A stretch of DNA of 62,574 bases, the filler included, from Rhabdomonas costata (lineage: Eukaryota): assembly GCA_019059605.1 (NCBI GenBank). It is 36 parts of 36 records of this genome, joined end to end, with 100 filler letters (N's around TTAATTAATTAA, not from the genome) between each part and the next. Parts side by side here need not be neighbours in the genome. Positions count along the whole stretch, not along the records: positions 47,019 to 48,658 come from JAHMHO010011477.1; positions 48,759 to 50,395 come from JAHMHO010011478.1; positions 50,496 to 52,135 come from JAHMHO010011479.1; positions 52,236 to 53,875 come from JAHMHO010011480.1; positions 53,976 to 55,617 come from JAHMHO010011481.1; positions 55,718 to 57,356 come from JAHMHO010011482.1; positions 57,457 to 59,096 come from JAHMHO010011483.1; positions 59,197 to 60,834 come from JAHMHO010011484.1; 28 more parts are not named here. One strand, given 5' to 3'. Position numbers and translations under genes: made by a program. Below, piece by piece: positions 47,366 to 59,352 of the stretch. The notes below the pieces were generated by a model, which worked only from the letters and a program-made list of their open reading frames with translations, did no database searches and was not told the origin of the DNA. The first letter of the stretch is position 1; every line of letters starts with the position of its first letter.

Positions 47366-48471
47366 TCAGTGGTCATGGAGCTGAGGGAGAAGATCAATCT
47401 TCCTTCCTTCCTTCACGATGTAGAAGCTCGTCGGCCACATTAGGTCGGTGTACACACTGGAGTACGCTGAAGACTCCTGCGAAAGATAATATTGTTATAC
47501 AGTTATCCCATGTTCGCTACCTTGATGCCGGACGCTGATTTTTCAAAAAAAAAAATTGGGGGGGGGTCCAACGCTGTTTCAAAGTGAGGAGTTGTAGTTA
47601 ATTAAAACTAAAAATAATAATAATAAAAGTAATTAAACTCGGTGTCAGCTCGCGTCTAACAACAACTCACTCAACAATAGTCGTCGAAAAAAGCCCAAAA
47701 ATCAAAACGGGAGCGTCTCTCAGGAGCCATATCTTCAGAGGACGGGGTCCTTTGGTATGTACAGTGGACCTCCCGAAACGCTGGAAATCGTTCCTTGCAC
47801 CCTCGCTGGTACCCACGTGCGCCTTGGCAGCCCTTTCCTTTAAGTTTTAATAATGCCGCCTCTTTCTCCAACGCAACGGTTGAGGATTGATCGACGTCAC
47901 CCACAACGCTGTGTATGTATGAGCGTCACTGCAATCAACGAAGTGTCACTTTGCAAAGTCATTCTTTCAATCGCGAACAAACCAATCCTATCTAAATATG
48001 AGAGGGCATTGGAACCTTTGCACTTTTTGGGGACCTTTAAAAGCCTTCATTACCGCAAGAGGAAAGAAGTCAATTGTATGTTCCCAACCACATTCGTACA
48101 GATGTTAGCTTGAGACAACAACACTCGCACTCGCGCCAGCCATACCTTCCCCGTGGGGACGCCGCCCGCGCCTTGGTGGACCTGCACCCCGACGCACACC
48201 GCGTAGTCCGCCTTCTCTGTGTGTACGGTGGCGGCGCACAGCGCCTCGAGTTGCTCCAAGATGATCGCCGCGGTAGTCTTCGTGATCTCCAGCAGGTCCG
48301 GGATCTTCCCGTACGTCAGGTGTTCTGTGACTTTCTGCTTCACAAGGGAGAACTCCAGGTCCATCGGGTCCAGGACGTACGACACCCGCCCCGACTTCAG
48401 CTCGCTGCGCACCGCACAAAGCGCCCCGCAGGCCGAGGACTTCGAAGGCCGACCCGCGCGCAAGCAATCCC
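47366..48471 (-). CDS. LCIB/LCIC-like theta-class carbonic anhydrase, C-terminal part
   Basis: Exon 48471-48146 (RAGRPSKSSACGAL...DPMDLEFSLVKQ...PDLLEITK...ADYAVCVGVQVH) and exon 47476-47366 (DLMWPTSFYIVKEGRKIDLLPQLHDH*). ACGAL and DYAVxxGxQxH are LCIB-family motifs. Confidence 0.85.
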
Positions 48472-50495
48472 CTGAAAGAAAAAGAATGCAGCGTAACATT
48501 GCTCTAGTCTCCTCCAAATGACGAAAACGAATCCGTCAGGTGCTTCACCAGGGTGAAGATGAAAGACGCACGAAAAGAAAGAAGACAAATACACAAATAC
48601 ACACATCATCCCACCAGGCATCGGCATCAGCTGACGAATCTAGCTACAACAAACACCTNNNNNNNNNNNNNNNNNNNNNNNNNNNNNNNNNNNNNNNNNN
48701 NNTTAATTAATTAANNNNNNNNNNNNNNNNNNNNNNNNNNNNNNNNNNNNNNNNNNNNAAAAAGGGGGAAGGGGGTTGAGGAAGGCCTATAAACAGGATT
48801 GTTGCCGAGAGCGGGAAGGTGAATTGAACAGTTTACCAGCACAGCCAAAAAAGAAAGAGAAAGAAATGAGAATTCACAAAGAGCACTGCGTAAAAGTAAC
48901 AAATATAGTGAGGTGAGGCCTTGAGAGGACTTCTGACCCCGTGCAGACCCCTGCACCAAGAAAGCCAGGAGAATAAGCTTCTCGGGAAACCGACTTTCCA
49001 GGGGAGAAAGACTCCAACGTTCCTTCTGTGGCGTCTTCTGTATTTGCTAATTCCGCGGGTATCACTGATAAAAGCGCAAGTATCAGTCTCAGAGAAGTTC
49101 TCAAGTGGGCATGGAGCAACACATCATCCCCCCCTCACCCTCCACGTGCAGGGGATGAGCAGTTCCCGCGATGGGTTTTCTGGGTGTTTCCCACAACCGT
49201 TTTATATCTTCACATACTCAAAGGATACCCACACGCACCCCTCCCGCCCTCCCCACGTAATGTCCCTGATCCCCGTGAGCACTACCCTTCGGCTGCGAGC
49301 TGGATATTCGTGCCTGTGGTTGCTCATACCGTGTCCTCGGACAAAACGGAAGGTTTACGAGAATCTTTTTGTCCCCACCCACATTACAACTACCCTGAAA
49401 CCGGGGAAAGCGTGTGCTCACTTCTGCTCGCTAACGCAACACTCAAGTTCACGGGCATCCAGTGCCTCACGTTCCCCCCACAGATCTCGGAGTGGCGTTG
49501 TGCGCAGCTCTGCTACCTACCTACGCGCTGAGCTCATCACCTGAATGTCAAGCACTTTCCTCTCAGAGTTCCCACTCACCCTCTCCTGGTCGTCGCAGAG
49601 TTCCTGGAGGGTCCGATGTGACGAAGCAGCTGCGGTTCCATGGGACAGTTAAGCTGGCGACCGTCTCGCAGGACGACGACTGGGGTGCGGCGCCCATTCT
49701 CCGCACCTGAGAGGCAGACCCTTCTTCGTTTTCGAGTGGGGGTAACCTTTCTTGGCTCCAAACGCTGCTCTGGGTGCCTCTCTGAATCGTCTTGATGCCT
49801 TCGAGGACCACGGTGACTAAACGTACAGAGTCCATTTGGTGCGCGTGTTCGGACTCGGGGGAGGTCAGCCGCTCCAATCAACCGCCCCCTCCCCCCTCTT
49901 CCTGGGAGTGGGACAGTCAGTGACACTTGGCCTGCTTCTTTGTGTTTTGGTTCCTGTGCCTGTCCCTCACCTCGCGAGATCTGCCCGTGCGCCTTCCAAG
50001 CAAACCTGTTCTGTTCTGCGTTATGGCTGAACAGAACCTGACTCCCGTCTCCTTCCAGACCTTTCTGTTAGATATTGACCCTCTTAACCATCTCTCAGCT
50101 CCCCTTTCACTTCTTGCTTCCGTCCTTCCAACAAAATTCTCCTCTCTGATATCACTGGTTTCCCCTTGCATCCGCAATTGCCTATGTGTCAAACAGCCGA
50201 AGGAAGGATAAAGAAAACCTTCAGTGGTCTGGGGATGCTTTTTAAACGCGGCAGCGATGCTGAATTTTGACTCGAGCGATCTGAAAACGCTATATACTCC
50301 TTCCACTGAGCGGAGTCTCACATGATGCACCGCAACGCAGAGGCACTGTGTGTGCAGTGCAACAATCATAAGGCAAAAAGCGCATAACGACAACANNNNN
50401 NNNNNNNNNNNNNNNNNNNNNNNNNNNNNNNNNNNNNNNTTAATTAATTAANNNNNNNNNNNNNNNNNNNNNNNNNNNNNNNNNNNNNNNNNNNN

Positions 50496-50865
50496 GTTGT
50501 TTGTTCTCGAAGTTAGCGAATACTGTCTCAACTTCGCTGAGAGTTTCCGATGACAACTTTGTTGTTATCGTGTTCTCATTGTCGGTAATGTTGACTTCAA
50601 CGGCATCGAAACCGGTGATCGTGTATGGTTTGTACACTTGCCGATCTTTCAGATGACCAATTTTTCTTTGGAGGTTGATGATCATCTTGTTGTTGAGGTC
50701 CGTAAGAACATGGATAGATTCAGCAGGTGGGCGGTCGTTCTCCGCAATCAAGAAAAGCAAAATGACTTCGTCGACCTTCATCTTTGAAAAGCTAATTGGA
50801 GAGACATTTCTTCCTTGATAAAAAGAAGTCAAGTCCTGCGCAACATTGTACGTGCGAATTTCCAT
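50496..50865 (-). CDS. Intronless low-GC orphan ORF (3' truncated), putative viral early gene
   Basis: At least 123 codons (MEIRTYNVAQDL...). No family recognised. AAAATTGA lies about 90 bp upstream. Confidence 0.55.
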
Positions 50866-50954
50866 CCATTCAAGTTTGGTCTTCAGATTACAATACGATT
50901 GTACACATTGGATACTTACATATTATAATATGTGTTTTACACATATTTATAATT

Positions 50955-50962
50955 TCAATTTT
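50955..50962 (-). promoter_or_regulatory. AAAATTGA Mimivirus-type early promoter motif
   Basis: The minus strand reads TTTAAAAATTGAAATT in an AT-rich intergenic region, 90 bp upstream of the ATG at 50865. An octamer can occur by chance in AT-rich DNA. Confidence 0.55.
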
Positions 50963-51130
50963 TAAATATCTATAGTTGTACCCTAAAAAAATTTTTAATT
51001 CTGAATTATATTTGAATTTTTATCACAAAACAAAATATATTTTTATATATTATTTGAAAATATATATTTTTTATATATATTTGAAAAATACATGATTTTA
51101 AATAACTAATAAACAAAATAGTTGTTATTA

Positions 51131-51842
51131 TATCATATATATTCTGCGTCATTGATTGGAAAACGTGAACAAAATGAAGATTATTTAACTATTGAAACAT
51201 CACAAAGAGATATTAAATTATATGCTATTTATGATGGTCATGGTGGAAGATTCACATCCTATTTCCTATCAAAGGTTATACCTAAATATTTTTTTAATTA
51301 ATTGTTATTATTATTATTATTAAATGTTAATGTTACTGTTAATGTTATATGTATTTTTTGTTTTGTATCAATACATTAATTACATTAATTAAATGTATAA
51401 AATTAATACATAAATACATAATACATTAATACATTAATTAATGTATTAATGTATTATGTATTTATGTACATAATAATTAAAGTTAATACATAAATACATT
51501 AATTTATGGTATTATTTTTAAATTTAAATTTAATGTATTTTTAATGTATTTATACAATTTAATTAATCAATTAATTGATACAAAAATACATATTTTAAAA
51601 ATATTCAATTTGTTGCATAACAAATATTTTACAGAAGCAAATGATACGGGTTCTACTTGTTTACTTTGTTTGGTTAGTAAAGAATGTAATGATACTTACA
51701 TATATAATATTAATAATGTATAATATTAATTTGGGAGATTCTAGATGTGTTATGTCGCGATAATTTTCCTATTCCATTGAGTAAAGATCATAAACCTAAT
51801 TGGCCTGAAGAAAGAAAACGAATTGAAAAAATAGGTGGTGAA
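51131..51842 (+). pseudogene. Disrupted PP2C phosphatase resembling Mimiviridae-type PP2C
   Basis: IYSASLIGKREQNED...YAIYDGHGGRFTSYFLS (51131-51298, then TAA); KYFTEANDTGSTCL (about 51622-51663); NLGDSRC / VLCRDNFPIPLSKDHKPNWPEERKRIEKIGGE (about 51728-51842). No ATG, two frameshifts, an AT-rich insertion and a missing C-terminus. Confidence 0.8.
51347..51593. repeat. AT-rich foldback element inside the PP2C pseudogene
   Basis: Perfect 62-bp palindrome 51407-51468. Outer imperfect inverted repeats ATATGTATTTTT..TTTTGTATCAAT / ATTGATACAAAAATACATAT. Built from TAATACAT-like words. Confidence 0.85.
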
Positions 51843-52251
51843 ATGCTACTGCAAGAATTCCACGAGAACTCATCTGTGCTGTTTCCTTGTCATTATGATA
51901 ATATTGTATTAGATGAAATAAGAAAATAGAAGAATATATTTATGAAGGCTTGAATACATTAAATGTAGTATATTCCAACGATATTATGAAATATATATAA
52001 TTTGTCCAAATATGAAAACATTAGGAAAGAAATGTAGAAGCAAGTTAAATTATATCAAAGACAAATTACAATTATTAGATCAAAATAGCATAAAGGATAT
52101 ATACGAGATTATTTATCAAATCAGTACAACAACACNNNNNNNNNNNNNNNNNNNNNNNNNNNNNNNNNNNNNNNNNNNNTTAATTAATTAANNNNNNNNN
52201 NNNNNNNNNNNNNNNNNNNNNNNNNNNNNNNNNNNTGAAGTTGTTAAGGGT

Positions 52252-52405
52252 GCACTTTTCCGAAACTGAGCCCCTTTAGAAGGTTGCACTGTCTGCAGGT
52301 AATCAAGAATGTCAACGTGCGCAAAACAGCACTTTTCCGAAACTGAGCCCCTTTAGAAGGTTGCACTGTCTGCAGGTAATCAAGAATGTCAACGTGCGCA
52401 AAACA
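52252..52405 (+). repeat. Perfect 77-bp tandem duplication
   Basis: 52252-52328 is identical to 52329-52405. Confidence 0.92.
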
Positions 52406-52609
52406 ACAACAATGCCGAGAACGCAGTGTGTTGCAGCGGGTTTTGGGTTATTGCGGTGCAGGTTGAGCTGTTCTGTGTTGTTGGCCTCTCACATAGTTTA
52501 TTTAACTCATTGGTCTTCTTAACCTTCGCATAAATAGCTTTATGTGATGCAGGCAAGTTCATGGTAGTCGTATCATTGCTCTGCGTAACTTGGGGGACTA
52601 CATTTTCAA

Positions 52610-53875
52610 GGCCCCTCTCTACGGAATCGAGGGCTGGGGTGAGGGTTCTGGACATGTGTAGTGCCCCTGGTTCTAAAACTCAGCAGCTGATTGACTGTCA
52701 CTCCACCACCCTGTCCTGCCTCCTGGCAGCAGAGAACGACCCCCACCGCGCCTGCCTGATTCTCCCGGGTACGCTGACCCGCGTCCCAGAGCCCGCTCTG
52801 GTCTGCTTTGCCGGCAACGCTTCAAGGCTGCCCTCCTCCACAGGGCCCTTCACTCACATTCTGGCGGATGTGCCGTGCAGTGGAGATGGCACTCTGCGGA
52901 AGATCCCCCGGCTTCGGTCGCAGTGGAGGTACCGTGACGGAGTGGAGCTATTCGCGCAGCAGCGGAGGCTTCTACTGCGCGGGCTGCATCTCCTGGGTGC
53001 GGGAGGGAGGCTGGTGTATTCAACATGCACGTTTGACCCGGTGCAGAACGAGGCCGTGGTCGCTGCGGCTGTTACTCGGGCGAAGTATGCCACGAAAGGG
53101 GCAGAAGGCGGGGTAGTTGGACGTCTTGGCCACGATATGCAATGTATTTTTGGGAGGGAGGTGCCAAACGGTTTAACCAAAACATGCCCGCCCCCACTAA
53201 TTTGTCACTGTTACCGTTGATGGTCTCGAAAATTTCCAGGCAACGAACCCGTCTCCACTGGCCGCTCCGCGGCTGGCCTCAGCACACTGAAATAAACGTC
53301 TCGTTCCCGTCCACCAAAGCCCAACAAAGCTATACCAGTGGTTTCAACCAGGCAAGCGCAATCCAGAAAGACTCAGAAGAGACACAGTTAGGCTGATGCC
53401 ATCTCTCCGTTTTTAACGTTGAACCGTTGAAGCGTCACCCCACCCATCGGAGTCTTTGGGTGACTCAGATTTGCGTGGAAAAGGGTAGCGGGCTGTTTGT
53501 TGTGGTAAGTTTTTTATTTGGGGCTCCAATTGCTGCTCTTCATTTGTTTAGCTCTCGAGACCCGCTCTTCCGGTACCATTTGGTGGACTGTCTGCCTTTG
53601 CTTCCTCCCGGCCTGCGGTACGATCGGGGACTGTGCACCTGGCAGGTGCCTTTTCCCTGTGATGGCGAACTTCGGGCTGAGAACGAGCTGTGGCGGATGG
53701 CACACAGCTTTGCCGAGGTTGGGGACAAAAACCATGCCGCTGGGATCATTCGAGAGGATATGTTTCCAGCCTTTTCCAGCCCCGATTGCAGCCAGCAAGC
53801 CCCGGTAGATCTCTCTATTTGCGTCCGTCTGCTTCCCCACCGCAGCGACACCGGGGGCTTCTTCATAGTCGCAAT
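52610..53875 (+). CDS. NOL1/NOP2/Sun-family RNA m5C methyltransferase (NSUN2/Trm4-like), partial
   Basis: Exon ~52610-53084 (VLDMCSAPGSKTQQL, ILADVPCSGDGTLRK, RLVYSTCTFDPVQNEAVV), phase-2 GT-AG intron, exon 53552-53875 (CVRLLPHRSDTGGFFIVA). Both catalytic Cys motifs (PCSG, TC) are present. Confidence 0.92.
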
Positions 53876-53975
53876 NNNNNNNNNNNNNNNNNNNNNNNNN
53901 NNNNNNNNNNNNNNNNNNNTTAATTAATTAANNNNNNNNNNNNNNNNNNNNNNNNNNNNNNNNNNNNNNNNNNNN

Positions 53976-55617
53976 CGTGTAGCCTGCCGTGAACAATGAA
54001 TACGGAAGGCATCACCACCCGTGTTCTGTGCCGCCACGCAATTCATGAGGACACCTCTGGACACACTTCGTAGACGGATAGCAAGCAATCTCCAACAAAT
54101 AATACAACACAAAAGGAGATTTGTGAAGCATGTATAATCTATATGCTTCACAAACCACACCAATAAAGTTTTAAGTAAAGACAAGCCCTCTTCACTCCGG
54201 CTTTCCGAGGCGCACTGATGCCATATTGAGTATCACCTATGAAGGCTTTTGTATGCATTGTGCCAGGTATTTCTTACGGGCTCCCATATGCAAAAGCCGG
54301 TTTTCGCTCCTTGTGTAATTTCGTTTCTGTGCACTAATGGTTTATGTTTTCCAGTAGGTTGGTAGCACACATTTGTGGTAGCTTATCTTTTGCTACCGTT
54401 CTATTTGACCAGTCTTGTGGCGTTTTTTACGCCTCTGTGGTAGTTCTTTTATATAACGTTGTTTGTCTGCATGCCCCACTTTGTGGAACTGATGTCTGAA
54501 CTCCTGACTATAGGTTAAAGTGAAAAATGGCCCTCGGACAGGTGCTGAACACCGAGATCCTGATATCTTACGTAGACACGAAGTTCACTGGTGCCTTTTA
54601 CAAGGCACTGTGCCTCGAATTTCAGCCGCACACCACTGTGGATTGGAAATCCAATTGATGAAGGCTGGAGAACGCACGGCCCATTTATTATTGTAAATGC
54701 AAGCGTAGCTCTTTGTACCGCCGGCTCTCCGCGCAGACGCATCCAACATGAATAGGATAATCAAAGACTCCGGATTTTAATGACCGCTGCCCAATTCCAA
54801 GCTGGATTCCTGTGTATGCTGAGTTCTCTTGTAACTTGTGCGTGTGTGTACTTTTATATCACAGCCAAACATCAGGGAAGGCACGTCAGCAGCATCGCGT
54901 TTACAAAACCAAAGCTCAAGTGCACCTAGCAGTCCAAAAAGTACGAAAACAACTGAGAAATAGCGTCTGAAGAGCCACGTCCACTGTGACCATTCTACGC
55001 ACAGCTATCCACATTGCCTTCCAGGCTGCCCAGTATCAATCTGCGCGAAACGCGCCAGCTGGGGATCACATGTCATGACCATCCAATACATGACCATCTC
55101 GACGCCAACCTGACTCTGGCACGGCCCGTGTAGCCTGCCGTGAACAATGAATACGGAAGGCATCACCACCCGTGTTCTGTGCCGCCACGCAATTCATGAG
55201 GACACCTCTGGACACACTTCGTAGACGGATAGCAAGCAATCTCCAACAAATAATACAACACAAAAGGAGATTTGTGAAGCATGTATAATCTATATGCTTC
55301 ACAAACCACACCAATAAAGTTTTAAGTAAAGACAACCCCCCTTCACTCCGGCTTTCCGAGGCGCACTGATGCCATATTGAGTATCACCGATGAAGGCTTT
55401 TGTATGCATTGTGCCAGGTATTTCTTACGGGCTCCCATATGCAAAAGCCGGTTTTCGCTCCTTGTGTAATTTCGTTTCTGTGCACTAATGGTTTATGTTT
55501 TCCAGTAGGTTGGTAGCACACATTTGTGGTAGCTTATCTTTTGCTACCGTTCTATTTGACCAGTCTTGTGGCGTTTTTTACGCCTCTGTGGTAGTTCTTT
55601 TATATAACGTTGTTTGT
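53976..55617 (+). repeat. Long direct repeat, period 1151 bp (two copies of at least 491 bp)
   Basis: 53976-54466 matches 55127-55617 with 3 substitutions spotted. Both copies run to the contig ends. Confidence 0.92.
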
Positions 55618-56085
55618 NNNNNNNNNNNNNNNNNNNNNNNNNNNNNNNNNNNNNNNNNNNNTTAATTAATTAANNNNNNNNNNNNNNNNNNNNNNNNNNN
55701 NNNNNNNNNNNNNNNNNGGTTGGTTTTTAGTGCATGTAAGTAATTTGTTGATGCACGGATTTTGGGTTAGAGGGTCATGAACGGTCGGGCGGTGTGAAGC
55801 AGTAGTCTCGGATGCGGTTAGATGGTGAAGCAGATGGTCTGAAAAAGGCTCCAGGGTCCTGCGATTTTGCATATGTGGCGATGCGCGTGCCCGTGAAAAT
55901 TGGAGCGATTAGGTTCCGGAGAGCATCCCACCTCCACATACATACTAACAGTACGTGCCGCTCTCCTTGAACATCCTGCAGGTTGTTCACTTCTCCATTG
56001 CACCCCGCTTTCGCTGTACGTGGGGTGGCCTGCGCAATTTCTGGACAAAATGGGAGAGTGCCCTGACAAAAGAAACGGCCACCAC

Positions 56086-56415
56086 ACCATTTCCAGGCGC
56101 AGGGGCAGTGAAGTAGGTCCACCCGGGCCCCAGCCCAGCCGCCAGCGCCAGGCTGTACCCCGCTGTGCCCACCTCGAACAATGTCCGCGAAGGTGGCAGC
56201 CCCACTTCCGCACCACCGCCGCCACCACCGCGCGGCGCACAAGAAAGCACCAGCTTGGTCAGCAGCCCGTGCACCTCACCGGGCTGTTCCTCTGAGCCAC
56301 TGCCGCACCGTGCTACGCTGCCATTCGAGGGGGTCAGGCACAGCACAGGGCTCAGTCCATCGTCGAAGGGGCCCTCGCTAGCGGAGGGGCTGGCTGGCTC
56401 CAGCCAAGTGGAGGC
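56086..56415 (-). CDS. Exon of an unidentified Gly/Ser-rich protein
   Basis: TGTAG|...LEPASPSASEGPFDDG...WTYFTAPAPGN|GTGTGG, GC-rich coding bias. Confidence 0.35.
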
Positions 56416-57460
56416 TACATATTCAACACACCGTGAGGAGAGCCACAGAAAAAAACAAGACCAATTCTGCGATTTTACCCTGTACTAGAGCAGCGACGAT
56501 TCCTGGTTGTTCCCTAGTACTTTTTCCGACCAGGCAAAAAGATGCAAGCTTGTGAACACACGTACCAGACGGAGAAGGAAGGTACCTCTCAATCCCTTTG
56601 AATGTCGCCTATACTAATCGTAGCAAAAAGACAAAAGTAAATGAAAGCAAAAGAAAGCAAAGCAAAAGAAAGACAGGAATCTTTAAATCTACACAAAACA
56701 CGAGACTTTTCTTGTCTATGGGAATCTATCCCTTAACGCAACTGCGCACCCTCGCCATGCACCTGTAGAGCGGTTGCTCGACCCCACCGGAGCAAATACA
56801 GTTTCGGAGGAACCTGCGCAAAAGCAAGGACGTGAGCGTTGAGCAGTCGCGCTCCCAGCCCGCATTCCCGTTTTAGCTCTGCAACACCATAGCCTGACCG
56901 CTGCATTTTTGTCTGTGCGTGTGTGTATGTGGGTCCATCTTTTTATGGAAAGACATTGTCTCAGGGATACACTCGGAACTTGTTAGGCGAGTCCTTGCTC
57001 TCTTCTTGCGGACGGGTGTGGTTGTTCGTTCACGTTTGCAGCGTGTGCAGGGGCGGAAAAGGAAACCTCACTCACAAAGGAGAACTATGATGAAAAGAAA
57101 GCCCCATACCTGAGACGCGCGCAGCATGGGCGCTCGCAGAAAGTCCTGTGTCATTGTTGTCAGCCGTGGGGTGCCGGCTCATGACAACATCTCAGTACCC
57201 TCCGCACGTGGGAAGCAAGGCGACACACTTTTGCTTTCGCAGAACATTTGACGCCGATGAACAGAAAAAACGATGAACCTTTAATACGACAGTGTCATGA
57301 CGTCGCCCCGCGGTAGCCCCTTTTTGGCACCCCTCCCATCCACCCACCCACCAACCNNNNNNNNNNNNNNNNNNNNNNNNNNNNNNNNNNNNNNNNNNNN
57401 TTAATTAATTAANNNNNNNNNNNNNNNNNNNNNNNNNNNNNNNNNNNNNNNNNNNNGTGT

Positions 57461-59096
57461 GTGGGGTTTGCTCACCGCACCGTGGTCCCCGCTGCTGCTA
57501 CGGAGACGGAGGGGGGACTGGAGGGCAGCGTGTCCTCATCAGGCGCCGAGGCCGAAGAGGCTGAGGCGAGGTTCCGGAGGCGCAGCTTGGGCAACATCCG
57601 GTTCATCTCGGAGCTCTTCAAGAGGTTTGTGGGCATATCGGAGGGTTTCAGGACATGTGGGCATCTTGTAAACGAGAGGGCTAGTCTCTTGTTCATACAG
57701 CATGCCCTCTGAAACGTTGAGTGGCCGGTTCTGGCCCTCTCAGGCCGGAACCCATCCGTGCCCCTTGGTGGCTCTTTCCTTATTTTTGTTTTAATCTTAT
57801 GCCGCTTCTTTCCCCCCAGTGCGGCGGAGGGTTTATCGACGGCACCCAAAACCCACCTTCCTCTAACCCCGCAACTGGCTCATTATGATTTTACCTAGAC
57901 ACGCTGTGGAGACGCTCAGTGGAATTTGATTTGGGCTTGGACCCGCACGTTGGAATCCAGGTCCCTCTTGTCGGAGCGGATCATTCACAAGGTGATCGCG
58001 CAGCTGCTGGAGGTGGACCACTCCGACGCGGCTCACGGGGACCTCCTGGAGGGTTTGCTGCTGCTGCTGACCACCGTGGGGCAACGCCTGGATCACCCTA
58101 AGGCGAGGCCCCGGATGGACCAGTACTTCACCATTCTGCACAGTCTCTCCGAGGTGCGTGCCACTGCGATCTTGAAAACGAGCGCTTGGGTTTGGTTTTT
58201 TACGAGAACGTTTGAGGGGTGAAGGGGGAAGGGTAACGGTTTCCAGTGATAATAATGCTTCCCGTTGTATTTTTCTTTTTTCATTGAATGAAAAGCTGGT
58301 CACCAGAACCATGATATAGAATAACGGGGCACCAAGAAGATGCTGCTCCTTCATACTCCTTCATATTGCACTGCGCTCCCACGGAAATCCATAAGTTATA
58401 GATTTGCTTTGAGCCAATGCGCCCAAAAGGGTCTTGAGAGGTCCCCACCTCACTTTCCCGACCAGCCACCCGCTCCAGCTACGCAGCCGACTGGCCTGTG
58501 ATTCTGAGCTAATGCTGTCCCACTTCCAGCAATTTTAGCAGTATTTTTAAGGTGCAAATAATTGTTAGAGTTATTTTGTGGGCCATTACATATTTAACCC
58601 CCCCCCCTTCAAGTATAATAACAGCAATTTTCGTAAGCTTTTTGTTGTCAGCGGTGCAGCGGTTTCTCTTCTCAAAAGAACACGTCATATAACAACAGTG
58701 ACTCCTTTTTTACGGCACTCACGACATGCCCTGAACTCGCCACAAAAGTGTGCAGCTGTGCAGTTTCCAGGACTGACAAAAGGTCTCAGTACCGCTGGGA
58801 GCGAAAACCAAACCTATTGACTTTTTTGAACCTTCCCTTCATGACGTAGAGGGCTTTTGCATATACAGCAGCATTTTCCTACACCCTCGGCCGGATGTGG
58901 TGCCCCACGGCGGCTGTTAGTATTCCTTTTGCACGCCATGAGAGATCTCTTCTTCTCTTCCTTGTCGTTCGTGGTTTACCCTCACCCTTTTATCCGCAGA
59001 ATCACCCCACAGCCAGGCTGCGGTGCCTTTTGCTGGACCTCCTGGAGCTCCGCGATGCCAACTGGGTCTCCCGCCGCGACGCCGCCGTCGCCGCCC
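57461..59096 (+). CDS. eIF4G: eIF4G-family MIF4G domain, partial
   Basis: Exons to 57624, 57961-58153 and 59000-59096 give RRRSLGNIRFISELFKR|SLLSERIIH...LLTTVGQRLD...MDQYF...|...ARLRCLLLDLLELRDANW. Confidence 0.9.
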
Positions 59097-59352
59097 NNNN
59101 NNNNNNNNNNNNNNNNNNNNNNNNNNNNNNNNNNNNNNNNTTAATTAATTAANNNNNNNNNNNNNNNNNNNNNNNNNNNNNNNNNNNNNNNNNNNNTTGT
59201 TTTGGGACTGATTTGATCTTTGCTGTGGTCTCTTCTATTTTGTCCTGGCTGCACACCTTTGGCGATGTTTGAAAATTTTTCAGTGTGTTTGGTGTTTCCC
59301 TGTGCTCCAGACTTGGTCGCTGGCGCCTTTCATTTCCGAAAATTGCACGCAG

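Noticed and set aside
52252-52405. 77-bp tandem duplication as a functional array
   Set aside because: Only two identical copies at a contig end with no spacer, so probably local slippage or an amplification artefact.
53976-55617. Spliced-leader RNA/5S rRNA repeat, and the duplicated MSLLKTLL ORFs
   Set aside because: No recognisable SL or 5S sequence. The short ORFs have no ATG start or recognisable motifs and merely follow the repeat.
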